64,000 nucleotides of DNA from Convolutriloba macropyga (Eukaryota): positions 26,474,001 through 26,538,000 of the forward strand of contig NC_134469.1 in assembly GCF_964194025.1 (NCBI RefSeq), in the 5' to 3' direction. The notes beneath the pieces were generated by a model that saw only the letters and a list, made by a program, of their open reading frames with translations, was not told the DNA's origin and made no database searches. Below, one piece after another: positions 25,001 to 37,260 of this stretch. The translations under genes were made by a program, and so were the position numbers. Each line of letters begins with the position of its first letter. The stretch's first letter is position 1.

Positions 25001-26014
25001 AGGGGCTTGCTGTTTATAATACAAATTTCATTCCTTAATTGTTTTCTCTATTCTATTGATATTTGCACTATCCGAAATCTTGTATTGACTCCCAAACAGA
25101 AGTTTTTCTTCCAAGCATTTTTCTTTTTCTTTGCATTCAAGTTTTTTTGACAATTACATTTTTCTCTTTTAATTTGTTGTTCGACATCAATAAAACCTTA
25201 TAGTTCCAGTTGTCTCCAATCCATATAAGCTTTGGGAGTTCTTTTGGATTATGTTCAGCGTAATTGCCTTGACGCCTATTCCCGGTGATTGTACAATTTG
25301 TTCCACTCATGAGTTTATCATTTTGGTATCTGTCACCAGTTCAGTTTGGTATTTAAGTCACCTGTTCAGACCTCCTTATTGGCCTTGTTTTTTGGATAAT
25401 CAAACCCAAGTAGGTTGTTTTTCTTCCGGCATTGTTTTTGAGTTTTGAATTTTGTTAATATTTTGAATCGTGTTAATTTACTGCTGCAGCTTTGGGTTTT
25501 GGCATGAGTTTAGGCTTCAGCTTGTCTTCAGTTCTCTCCTATTCGGGAAAATGCTTGTCTCAACTAATCATTATGAGATTTCGAGTCGTTTTCGTCATTT
25601 TCAATTTTTGCGTGAAAATATTTTTCATTTTCCGTTGATAATACTTCGCTGCGGCAATATTCACAGCCAATTATCACACTTTAAGCAATTTATACAATTT
25701 TCTTTGCTTTTAGCATGATATTTCCTGCATGGAAACGTTTTGTTTTATTTTCAATTCTTATGAGGCATTTTCCCTTTCAGTGGGAATTGCAAATGGTAAA
25801 AACTAAGAAGTGCGCTCCTGTCCTGGAAATTCTCAGTGGTAGGCTCAGACTTTCCGCTTTTGATATGATTATTTGCTTAGCATTGATTCGAGAACCTTCT
25901 ATTTCGCCCTCACTACCAAATAATTGAGTCTAAATTACCTGTATACCTTCAGTTGACTATTAATTACACTGGTTTTGATCGAGCCGAGAAAAAATTGGAA
26001 ATATATGTAAGATA

Positions 26015-26585
26015 AACGGTGAAAAGTTGTTTTTTACACCGCAAATTTTGTACATAATTTTGCGGTTGCAAGCGGTGCAATTATATAAGTTCACCGCTAG
26101 AGTAAGCGGTGAACTTACAAAAATTCACCACATTTCACCACTTACTACAAGTTACCATCCTTGCACGGATTCGAACATCTCACCTTTTTGCGGTGATGTT
26201 TGGCCACTTTTTGTGATTTCATCGCTTACTCTAATTGTGAAATTACATAAATTCACCTCTTAAAAAAGGTTTCGAAAAGATGTAACAATATTCGTGGGTA
26301 ATTTTCCGCGCGTCTTTTAATAAATGTATCTTAACTTTGTTGAGCAAAAGACAATTCGAAGCGTTTTCTAAGCGGTGAATTTGAGTAAGTTCACCATTGA
26401 GTTAATTTGGACACTTTTTTCAAAGCGGTGACTTTGTAATTTCACCGGTAAATTCAGCGGTGAAATTATGTAATTTAACCGCTACCAGGCGATAAAGGTT
26501 TTTTCATCGCATTCACCGCCTGATTTATGTAATTTCACCGCATTCACCGCTTATCTTATCTAATTTTGCGTTGAATGGCGGTGAC
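26015..26585. repeat. Repeat built from GCGGTGAA / TTCACCGC motifs in both orientations
   Basis: Many copies of the motif and its complement upstream of the DNase II start; likely a non-autonomous DNA element. Confidence 0.55.
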
Positions 26586-27226
26586 ACCTCGACCCGGTGG
26601 TTGTGAGACACTGTTGAGCTTGGTTTGATGTAGTAGTAACTGAAATCGTCTAAAAACGGTTCCAAGATCCGTTGTGTTCCGCTCCTACAAATGGCAAGAC
26701 GTTAAAACTCCAAGACTAGCCTTGTCGTTCTAGGGTTCAGACGATACTAAAAGTGATCCTTAACATAAGATCATTGCTCTCACCTAATTATTTGGCCTCG
26801 TTTGCAGTATTGGATGGTTTTCTTCGAAGAGCACTTTCTGCAGTTGCTTGATTAGCTGCAGTACGCTTTTCCGTGACTTTAGAGCTGCCTGTTAATGCAT
26901 TTCTATACTGTTAACTTTTCTGTTCCAGTTTTTTTTTTATTTTTTAGAGAAATGCAAAAATGAAAACAGTTAGACAAAGTTTTCTAAGAATGTGACACTT
27001 TGTGCATATTATGTTGTGACGTCATTTTGCTACCAAATCAACAATTAATGCACTGACTGCTAAAGTCAAAAGCAAACGGATGCAAAACTTAAGTAAATTC
27101 ATTGTTTAGCAATATATAGTAAACCTTAGCGTATATTAGTGGTATAGTGGTGGTATTGTGGTGGTATTGTGTTCACTATTATTATGAATGCGTAAATCTT
27201 TGCTATTGATCAATTGACTAAGAAGG

Positions 27227-27470
27227 ATGTTGAAACGATGGGCTATTCATTGCAAATGTCTATTAGTTATCATTGCTGTCGTGATACAGCCTGGTAATTC
27301 TCTTACGTGCATAGATGAAGAAGGGAGTGCTGTCGATTGGTACATTGTATACAAATTGCCCGAACACTCTGCTGATTCTGGTCATTTGAACGACGGCACT
27401 GGATATGCGTACCTTGACGTGAATAACCCCAAATTTGTAATATCTTCAAATGATGTTAATTCATCCAGCA
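27227..27470 (+). CDS. DNASE2: Deoxyribonuclease II (plancitoxin-like), exon 1 with signal peptide
   Basis: Signal-like MLKRWAIHCKCLLVIIAVVIQPGNS, then LTCIDEEGSAVDWYIVYKLP (DNase II N-terminal motif); donor A|gttagt. Confidence 0.92.
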
Positions 27471-27719
27471 GTTAGTTCAAGTTTGATGGTCTTGTCAAAA
27501 CAACAAATATAAAATTAATAAGTTTTCCAGATATTTTCTAGTGACCAGCCAGCGTTACTTGTTTTTTCAAATCTTGATCTCGGTTTTGCGCTTCATGGGA
27601 CCCCGGGTCGAAAATGGATGAGTAATGTGCCAGATTTCGTAAGTTCTAAATTTGCTAAAACTTGGTAAGTTCTAAATTTGTAAACGCCAAATTATGTAAG
27701 ATCTACGCTAATTAAAAAA

Positions 27720-30700
27720 ACACTTTATTAACCATAACAGTCATAACAAGTAACAGAGAGTTTGACAATTGTTATAATAGTGCCTGGAGTGTGGTTATTT
27801 ATTTTAGTTCATAAGTGTAATTAAATTAAATTAAATTAGTTCTTAGCTCGACCAGATAATGTTGATTCTTGAGTTGTGGTTTAGTAAACTTTTTTAAATC
27901 TGATAGATTTCCAACTAACCAACCCATAAGTTGTATATTGTTTATTATCAGAAAAAGATTTAATATAAAATTTTTCCAGTTCTTTTGGAAAGGTTTTTTC
28001 CAAACCCTTTAGTTCTTTAGGAAGTGAATTACAATCCTTTGATGCAGTTTTTATAATTCAACGCTCTATTTTTTGAGTTTGACATATAGAATTAAAAAAT
28101 ATGCCACAGCTTCTAAGATTCTGTCTGATGCACCAAGTGGTCAAGGTTGTGACATCTAGATTAAACGCGGGTAAAAGACAGTTTCTCAGTTTCCTTATAT
28201 AAGTGGTTCTTTTCAATTTGATTAAATATTCAACAGGAAGAATAGAATGCTTTATCTTGAAATCTTTTGTTGAGTCCATTCTATTTCTAGAGTAACAAGC
28301 ACAAATGGCCCAATTTAGTTGCTTTTCAAGCGATATAAGTAAATTTTTGTCTATTGATTGGATTAACAGTAATGAAAAGTGTAGATGTCTTATAACAAAT
28401 GCCATCAGAACCTTTTTCATTATTAACGTTGGTATCCGATTACGGAATGTATAAATTTTTTTAATTCCACGCGCCATTTTCTTTAAAAGATGCTTCACTT
28501 TGTCTTGGAAACTGAGATTTTTGTCAATGTGCACCTCAAGATACTTGACTCTTTTGGACCCTGTAATAATTTTGTTGCCGATATTTATTGATTCAGATTC
28601 GCTGAAAATTCTGTTGCGGCCGAAAAGAATGAATTCAGTTTTTGACGGATTCAATTGTAGTTTTAGACTTGTGAATTATTTGGTCAGCAATATAACATTT
28701 TCTTCAATAAATGTTTTGCACTATTGTTGTGTAGGAGAGGAAGCAAGGAGTAATGTGTCATCTGCATACTGTACCACCTCGCAGTTTTTATTAATTGGAT
28801 CTCGGAGATCGTTTAAATAAACATTAAACAAAGGAGCACCAAGCACTGTCCCCTGAGGCACGCCACGTTATAGGATAATCTCATCTGAATTTACGTTATT
28901 AATTAGAACTCTTTGTTTTCTCTCCAAGACAAAAATTTCTATTGGTTTTATGGTTTTAGAGTCGACACCTAATCTTCCTAGCTTTTTAAAAAAGATAACA
29001 AGGTCTATTGATTCGAATGCTCTTGAAAGGTCTAGAAAGGCAGCAGCTACAATTTTGTTTTTGATCTTTTTAATGTCTTATAAACTCTATGTAGAATAAA
29101 CGAGATTGTCCTTTGTAGAATTTTTCTTCCTAAATCCGTATTGAGAGCGACTTAGTAGTTTTTTTAAGTGTTCTGTCAATTGCTCTTTGATTAAGATTTC
29201 ATTAATCTTTGAAATGCAGGGAGTTATTTATATAGGTCAGTAATTGTCTGGTTCCTTGGGGTCGTTCTTTTTACAAATTGGTGTTACATCAACGGTTTTC
29301 AGAATCTCAGGGAAGTTTGAGTTGTTTATGCATTCATTTATAATAAACCATAGATGTTTTTTGACTACCAAAACTGCATCTTTTAAAGCCCAACGGGGGT
29401 AGCGCTGAGGGTCCCTGTGGTTTGCTCCTTCTGAGCTTCTTAATGCACTGTAAGCATTCAAATTCTGTAATATAACTAATCGAAAAAGTTTTGGCTGATC
29501 TACCACCAAAATCTTCGATATATTTGCAGGTTTTGACTGATAATATGAACTTTCCTAGCTGTGAAAACCTGGAATTAAGAATAGTTGCAATTTTCTTGGG
29601 CTCCGTGACAAAATCATTGAAGACATTTTTTAAACTGTAGATATGGGTTCTTGTTCTAGCTGAGTTTCTTAATTCATTCAAAAGGTTCCAACGTTTTCTG
29701 CTATTATTAGATGACATAGCGAATGACTGATAAAATTTGTTGAAATCATTGTTAGATGAGCAGAACAACTTCTGTTTCAATTCGGAGAAGGTTTTGAATT
29801 TTTTTGATTTCAAACTAGAGTCACACTCTTTTTGTAATTCTTTGTTTTTCTCTTTCAACCAAGTTTTTGAGCGAGCAAAGCATGATTTGTCTTTTTGATG
29901 AACACATTTTTTATGGGCGCGTGTTTTTGCATTACTCTAGTGAAAATTTTGGTGAAAAATTTAAGCTTTTCATTTGCATTAATTTGTTGGTATATGGCTG
30001 ACCAGTTTGCTTTGTTCAAATCATCAAGGAATTTTTCTTTGTTATATGTACTTCGGTCATAGATTTTTTTTTCTACTCTACTAGTTTTAATGGACTTGTT
30101 TCTTCTTTGAGTATAGTACACAGGGCAAAATGATCAGATAGAATTGGAGTGTCGCGCACACTATCATTTTTTTGACCTAAATATCGGAAATAAAATAATC
30201 GATCAGCGTTGCAGTCTTGCTCGCCTTGCATATACGAGTTGCCTCAGTTTTGTTTTGTATTTCTAGATGACATGGTATTAATATTGAGTCTAACTTCTCC
30301 TTTCCCTTTGAGTTCAGATAATTATTGTGTTGTAATCACCCTTGAGTTTTATATTACGACCATGACTTTTGCATTATCCTTGTTTGTAGGCAATTGTTCC
30401 AGAAAGATGTCCCTTTTGTTTTTGTTGGGAGAATAAGTGAAAAGAGAATAAGGAGAATAAGTAAGATTGTTGTGTTTTGTGTTTTTCGGTTGTTTGTTTT
30501 TAGTTCTGCCCAAAGTCAACTGAGAACTTATTTAGATCCTTCCTCAATTTTGGAGAAAAGATTTTTGGTTTAAGCAGCATTACATCTCCACCTTTTTTTG
30601 AAATGCTCTCTTTCGCTCTGTCAAATCTAAAACACACATACTGGTCTTTCTTAGGGTTTTAAAAGTCTTCATGATCTTTGCTAGTGAGCCATGTCTCTGT

Positions 30701-32350
30701 GAAATTTAAATAGTGTTCTCTGGCAGTTGTCCAACAATTGCATTTAATGTCCGTCTTTTATTTCAATGCTTCGACAGTTAAGCTGGAAAATTTTAGGTTT
30801 TTTTGTCCGCATTGCATATTGCTTTAGCCTCTGCAAACGACAAAATTGGGCCGGGATTCATTTCTATGTAGCCACATCTGATCAGTAAGGTTAGGATGAA
30901 GAATGAGTACAGTTTGTTGCAGTTAAATACTAAAAGAGTAAGCCCTTCTATTGGAACTCTTTTTTTCCCAAAGCCAATACCTTTTTGAAACCCTGTGACC
31001 CTCTGTTCTTACTGTTGTCGCGGGAAATCTTGAAGACAGCAATAAAAAACAATGCAAAATGAAAATTTTTCGTCGAGCTAAGACAAAGAAAGAAATCATT
31101 TAAAATTACAGTATTGTGCAGTTCCCTACATCAGAAACTGATCAGATACTTTACACTAAAAGCCATAACTGCTGTTAGAGCCATTGAATTAATACGCAAT
31201 AGAGTTCGCGCGATAAGGCAACTGATTATTGTAATGGTTATTATGAGAGTAATTTACTGCTCTTTGGAAAGCTTGGTACCTGTTTTTTCTGGTATATTGA
31301 GCTCTTACACTTTTCAATAGTTGCCTCGCTTGCGTATGGTCAGCGGCTCTTGATCGAGGAGCGCCATAGGATTAAGCAGTTCGACCATTGGATGATAGCA
31401 ACAAATGAGATACTAGCCAGTTTTTCAACAATGGAACGCCATGCTGATGATTGAATTGAACATTGTCATAGAACATATAATTATAGCTCGTTGCGTCACC
31501 AGTTTTTTTTCCCGCGCTTTTAACATATTCGTTTAGAAGCAATATTTTAAACCAATCAACGTTGTCGTAGTTATCATGAAGTAAAGAATTAAAGTTATCT
31601 ATAATCTTGTTCTTTTGAGTGTTATGTTCAAGATCCTTTAACGGTGGTATTTCATAGAGTACAAATGTTTCTGGTGTGAATTTTTCAATGCAAAGATTAC
31701 CCAGTTGTTTGAAATCTTCAGAAGTTATTTCATCAGATTCACGTTTCAGCACGTTATTGGTTCTGCCTTGTAAGACCAAAATTTTCAATTTTTTGCCTCG
31801 TAATCTTTCGGTACTCTCAACTTTTCATTTGTTATAAACCCCGATAAGCATGCACCGCAATATCAGCAGGTATTGATGAATCTCGCTCTAGTTTTCCAAT
31901 AAAGATGCTCTCAATAACTAAATTTTCGTTAACATCCTTAATTGATTTTTTGGAAATCCCTTACTTGTTCATTGTTGTCCGTTTGGATTGCTGATTCGAC
32001 CATAGCGTTTTCCCTATTGTCTCGACCACTTACCACCTTGTTGTCAAGTAATTTTTCCGCCAGCTGAGTCATAACTTTTTCGATAAACGTGTCGTCTTCT
32101 TGTAACTTTTTGGAAATATCAAAGTATATTTTGTACATGTCTGTCTTGTTTCTTTAGGCTCAGGAAAGCTTTTTCCTCAAGAAGAGCCATAGCTTTTTAA
32201 GTCTTATAGTACTGTCTGTTTTCAGATGTAAAAAAGGGTTGCTTAAGGCTTACTAACCATTCAAAGATACGGTTGAAGATGGGGACTAACCTTCAAAAGA
32301 GAACTTCGCTTTGGTGACGTAGTAAACGACCGGCTTGAAGAACGCTTTGA
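27720..32350 (-). mobile_element. Near full-length decayed CR1/L2-type LINE in DNase II intron 1 (esterase-like ORF1, 2A-like motif, APE, RT)
   Basis: ORF1 31372-32138 has SGNH-like LVLQGRTNN and YDNVQFN; LLIRCGYIEMNPGP at 30847-30888; APE and RT remnants including YADD near 28760. LEKQLNWAI and WALKDA blocks are shared with the 880-3480 LINE. Confidence 0.85.
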
Positions 32351-32364
32351 TGCTTGTCAAAATT

Positions 32365-32610
32365 TTACATAATTTTGCGTTCAGTAATTTCAACGCAAAA
32401 TTATGTAAGAAATACGCTAAATTCAACGCAAAATTATGTAAGATCTACGCTAATTTCAATGCAAATTTACGTAATTCATACGCTAAAGTCAAGGCAAAAA
32501 GTATGTAAGATCAATGCTGAATTCAACGCGATAAAATTAAAGCTTAGTAACGCTAAATTGTGTGAGATTGGCGCTGAATGCGTTGAATTTGTTTAATTCG
32601 ACGCAAAATT
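32365..32610. repeat. ~33-bp minisatellite (CAACGCAAAATTATGTAAGATCTACGCTAA); a related unit lies at 27682-27712 on the other side of the LINE
   Basis: Tandem units visible; the first unit forms an inverted pair TACATAATTTTGCGTT...AACGCAAAATTATGTA. Confidence 0.7.
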
Positions 32611-32979
32611 GATGGCCAATTGTTTTCATGACTTTGAAATTAATTGTTTTCAAAAAGTATATACGTAATTTTTACTTTGCCTCTTTTATTTTTAAATGCT
32701 CTCAAACGAAGTTTGTAGCAATTATCTTAGTCCTGTTGGTCTTTTGAATGCGATTTTTCGCTTGAACGATTTTTTGTCTGACTCATTTGACTTTTTGTCC
32801 TTAAAAATGGGATAAACAGGTAGCGGCCAGCGGGCATTAAGTTTCGTTAGAGGCCTTTAGCCGCGTTTAGTAGTCCTTTAGAAGCTTAGGGCAATGAAGC
32901 TACGGGAAGGCCGTAGTTTAAGGATAAAATGTCATTTTAGGAGTTTTTGAGCCCAAAATGTTGCAATTTCGTCGTTTCC

Positions 32980-35250
32980 GAAGATTTTGTTGGACCCGTC
33001 TAAAATCGAGTTTTGATTAAAGTTGACACAGTTCTTTTGCAAGAAATAAGTGCTTTTGAAGACTTTTTTAGGAGCTAAATCTTTTCGTTAACCTAAACAA
33101 AAACACGCAAATTTATTCTAATTTTCACATTTTTTTCAAGTTTTTTAAAATATTTATCATTTTTTGAGTTTGTTCAGCCCTGGATGTCACGGAACCTCCT
33201 CTAGGGTTTGATAATAGATTACTGCACAGATTCTAGTGTTAATGGAATGGTTTTCAACTTTTTAACATCACGAAATTTATAATTTTTTGGACAAAACTAG
33301 CATTCTTTTTCAATTTTTTTTGACATCTATCGGGTAATTTTGTTGAACCCGTCTAAAATTCAGGCTGGTTAAATTTGACACAGTTCTTTTGCAAGACATA
33401 AGTGCTTTTTAGGACTTTCATAAGAGCTATATCTCTTTGGTAATTTAAACAAAAACACGCAAATTTATTCTAATTTTCACTTTTTTTTCAAGCTTTTTGT
33501 AAATTGTTTGTCATTTTTTGAGTTTGCTCAGCCTTAGATGTCACGGAACCTCCTCTAGGGTTTGATAAAAGATTACTGCACAGTTTCTAGTGGTAATGGA
33601 ATGGTTTTCAACATTTTAACATCGCGATTTTTATCATTTTTTGACAAAAATTGCAATTTCTTTCAATTTTTGACATTTGTTGTCAATATTCAACTTTTTC
33701 AAGACCTAGGGGCCGAAAAATCTCCTTAAAGGTCTGATAGTAAGTTAATAATTTTTAGTGACCATGGAAAAGTTTTCAGCTTTTTATTATCTCAATTTTT
33801 GCAATTTTTTGATAAAACTTGCAATTTTTTTCATGTTTTTTGAAATTGTTTGTCATTTTTTAGTTTTCTCCGGTCTCAAGGGCCAAATAACCTCAACTAG
33901 GGTTATTTAAAAGGCTACTGTATAGTTGCTAGAAGTAATGGAATGTTTTTCAAGGTTTCAACACTACGAGTTTTAGCATTTTTTTTGACAAAATTTGCAT
34001 ATTTTTTCAATTTTTTTGACATCTTTTGTCATTACTCAGATTTTTTTCAGCCTCAGGGGTCAAAAATTCTCCTCAGGAGTTTGATAATATGGTTCTGAAA
34101 AATTTTTATCGGCCAAGGAACAGTTTTCAACTTTTTAATATCACCAATTTTAGCAATTTTTTTTATAAAACTTCCGATCTTTTTCAAAAATTTTGGAAAT
34201 TTTTGTAATGTTTTTTAGGTTTTTCCAGCCTCAAGATTCAAGGAACCTGATCTAGATTTCGAAAATAGTTTGCTCATAATTTTAGTTTTTAGATGTAATG
34301 TAATGTTTTTCAAATTTTTATCATCACGAATATGAGCAATTTTTTAATAAAATATTTGCAATTTTTTAGTTTTTTCGAAAAAGTTTGTCATTTTTCAGGT
34401 TTCTCTAGACTCAAGGGCCAAGGAAGCTCTTCTAGGATTTTATAATAGATTGCTGCAAAGTTTCTATATGTATTGGAATTGTTTCATCATTTTAACATCG
34501 CGAATTTTTTGCCTTTTTGGACAAAACTTTCATTTATTTTTATTTTTTTGACATTTGTTGTCATTATTCAAGTTTTTTTCAGATCTAGGGGTCAAGAAAC
34601 CTGCTTAATGGTTGATAATAAATTACTAAAAAAACTTTGTTGGCCATGGAATAGTTTTCAACTTTTGCAATTTTTTTCAAGTTTTTTAAAAATGTTTGTC
34701 ATTTTTTAGGTTTCTCCAGTCTCAAGAGCCAAGAAACCTCCTCTACGTTTTGGTAAAAGGTTACTGCATAGTTACTAGATACAATGGAATGTTTTTCAAG
34801 GTTTTAATATCACGAATTGAAGCAATTTTCTTTAAAAATATTTGTTGTTTTTTTCAAATTTTTGAATGTTTTTGATTTTTTTTCATTTTTTTGTCACCAG
34901 GGGACCAGTGACCTCTTCGGATAAAACCTCTGCATGTTTTCTTTCTGCGAGTTTAAGAAATGGTTATCATTTATTTAAAAACTCAAATATTAGCAAATTT
35001 TTGCTAAAATTTAATTATCATTCAAGTTTATTGATCTTTTTGAGCCAGTGAAATTGTTTAAGGCTTTAAATAGGGATACTCTATAGCCTCTTGAGACAAT
35101 GAGATGGTTGTGAAGATATTTATATGACGAATTTAAGCAAGATTTTGTTAAAATTTGCAATCGTTTTTTGAATTTTTGAATGCTTTTGTCCTTTTCTGAG
35201 TTTAACGGTCATTACTGGCCAACGAAACTTTTAAAGTCTTGCAGATGGGT
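32980..35250. repeat. Degenerate T-rich satellite, ~178-bp unit with ~355-bp higher-order pairs
   Basis: Recurrent GAACCTCCTCTAGGGTTTGATAA...AATGGAATGGTTTTCAA blocks; 32985-33330 is closely repeated at 33338-33670. Confidence 0.75.
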
Positions 35251-35406
35251 TACATGACAGAACTCCAGAGACAAAAATGGTTTAGAACATGTTTTTCACT
35301 GCGAAATGTGGAGGCGCTTCTTTTGAAGTTTCCACCCTCTGCTCTCTATTTGATATAATTAATAACAAGGCTAGAAAACTTGAGGCACATCATGGAAAAT
35401 ATTCCT

Positions 35407-35408
<2 letters not shown>

Positions 35409-35454
<46 letters not shown>

Positions 35455-35490
35455 TTCTCTCTCTCTCTCTATCTCTCTCCCTCTCTTTCT
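35409..35490. repeat. (CT)n microsatellite
   Basis: Direct reading. Confidence 0.95.
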
Positions 35491-36402
35491 TTCCTTAACT
35501 CTTTTTTTGATGCCGCACTTCAGCTGCTGTTATGTGGCGTGATGTTATCATCTATTACCCTCACCTCAAGCCCTTCAATTAAGTTATTAAGTTAAAGTTA
35601 GCCTCACTAAACCGTGGCTAGCTACTTACGGCTCACCGGTCGTTTGAGAGCAATTCGCCCGACTGTAATTTCTGGTCATTAAAGACAGGTCCTATATCTT
35701 CTCTAGTGAAATTCAATTCAATTTGTTTAGTTTAGTTTTTATATTTTGATATTTTAACTTTGTTGTTTAGTTTTTTGTAACAAAAATGGATGGTCAGTGA
35801 GGTTTCGTCGTAATAATGTTTTTTGTTTAATAGATTTCGTTGTTTCTCTTATCTCCCGGCTTCTTTAATGACACGTAATACTGGCCCTCTATGAGGCAAA
35901 GCTTTATTTTTTTAGTTCAGTTGTTTGAGCTTAAAGCGATTTTTTAATGGACACCCCAATTTAATTTCGAACAACTTACGAGTTTTTGAAAGATTTCTAT
36001 CTCTTCCTCCTTTGGTAGGCAATTAAGTCAAAAATGTGGATTAGCGGGGTCGGAACATTCTTCCTGCGCGCACGCACATTACCGAGCATCCTTGTTAAAC
36101 TTTAAATCTTCTTGTCCGCGGAAAAGACAGAGCTAAACTAAAAATAAAATCCGCTAGTCTAAAGGCCAGGTGTTACTTTACAAAGTAGAGAGAATATAAC
36201 GTCTACAGCAAAAAGAGGCAGAGTCTACAGAAGTAAATGTTTATTAAGACGTGTCCGATTTCATTCCAACTTCAAGCTTTACGTTTAGGTTAAGTTAAAA
36301 TTTTGGTTAAAATAAGAATTTTAATAATATAACATTACTTCACCTCATTTAATGCTACTCCAATCGGAGCTGGCTGGTGACATTGTGATTGGTTTGTTTT
36401 AG

Positions 36403-36657
36403 GTGCCGTTTACAGAACTTTGAAACCAATCTACGATAATTATTCTAACTCACTCTTAACATCTGGAGTAGCTACTGATGATATTATTGCCCGTGGTTTC
36501 TACAATGATGAGTGGCCTGGTGATGGTGGAACCTCATCTTACAGGGGCCACACTAAGGGTGCCAGGGCATTTGACTCACAAGGAGGGTTTTTTCTCACCC
36601 ACAGTGTGCCCAGGTTCCCAAACTATGTTGAAAGTGGATACAGTTATCCTAGTTCCG
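36403..36657 (+). CDS. DNASE2: DNase II exon 2
   Basis: tttag|GT; AVYRTLKPIY...FYNDEWP...GHTKG...LTHSVPRFP (first catalytic HxK motif); donor G|gttagt. Confidence 0.93.
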
Positions 36658-37213
36658 GTTAGTTTTTATTCCAATTTACAACCAGGTGTCAGTATTTTAT
36701 TAGTTAAGACTTTGCGGTTATGTTAACCAAAGCAGTGTCCGTGGCAGCCGTACAAAATTGGGCTTTATGAAACATTTTAAAAAAAAACATTTTAAATAAA
36801 TTAGAACGGGGAGTGGGGTGCGCTCAAAATTATACGGGGCAAAAATTTCATTATTGTTTATTTCCAGGTTCTAAGTAGTTCTGCCATTTAATAGTTTAAA
36901 AAGAACAAATTGGGCTTGAGCTTATGAAAAAAATAGCATGTTAATTATATCCTCATTTTGAGCTGATGAAAAAAAATAGCTTGTTGGTTGAGAAAAGTCG
37001 GTTAACTTTAACAACCACCATTTTATTTCTATTCCAGTTGTAAGTGAATCCACCCAACAAATTTACAATCCTGCGTTTAGAGTTTCTTTCTTTGTTCAGT
37101 CTTGCATTATTTAAAGCTCTTCAAAAGATGACAACAAATAAATATTCTATATTTTACAGGATAATATTGTATAATATTGTAAATAATCGTACATTTTAAA
37201 TTTTGTTTATTTT

Positions 37214-37217
<4 letters not shown>

Positions 37218-37257
<40 letters not shown>
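37218..37257. repeat. (AT)n microsatellite
   Basis: Direct reading. Confidence 0.95.

Positions 37258-37260
<3 letters not shown>

Noticed and set aside
32365-32610. ~33-bp repeats as a CRISPR array
   Set aside because: Tandem units without unique spacers, no cas genes, eukaryotic context.
35380-35595. SL-repeat ORF
   Set aside because: Translation of the (CT)n microsatellite.
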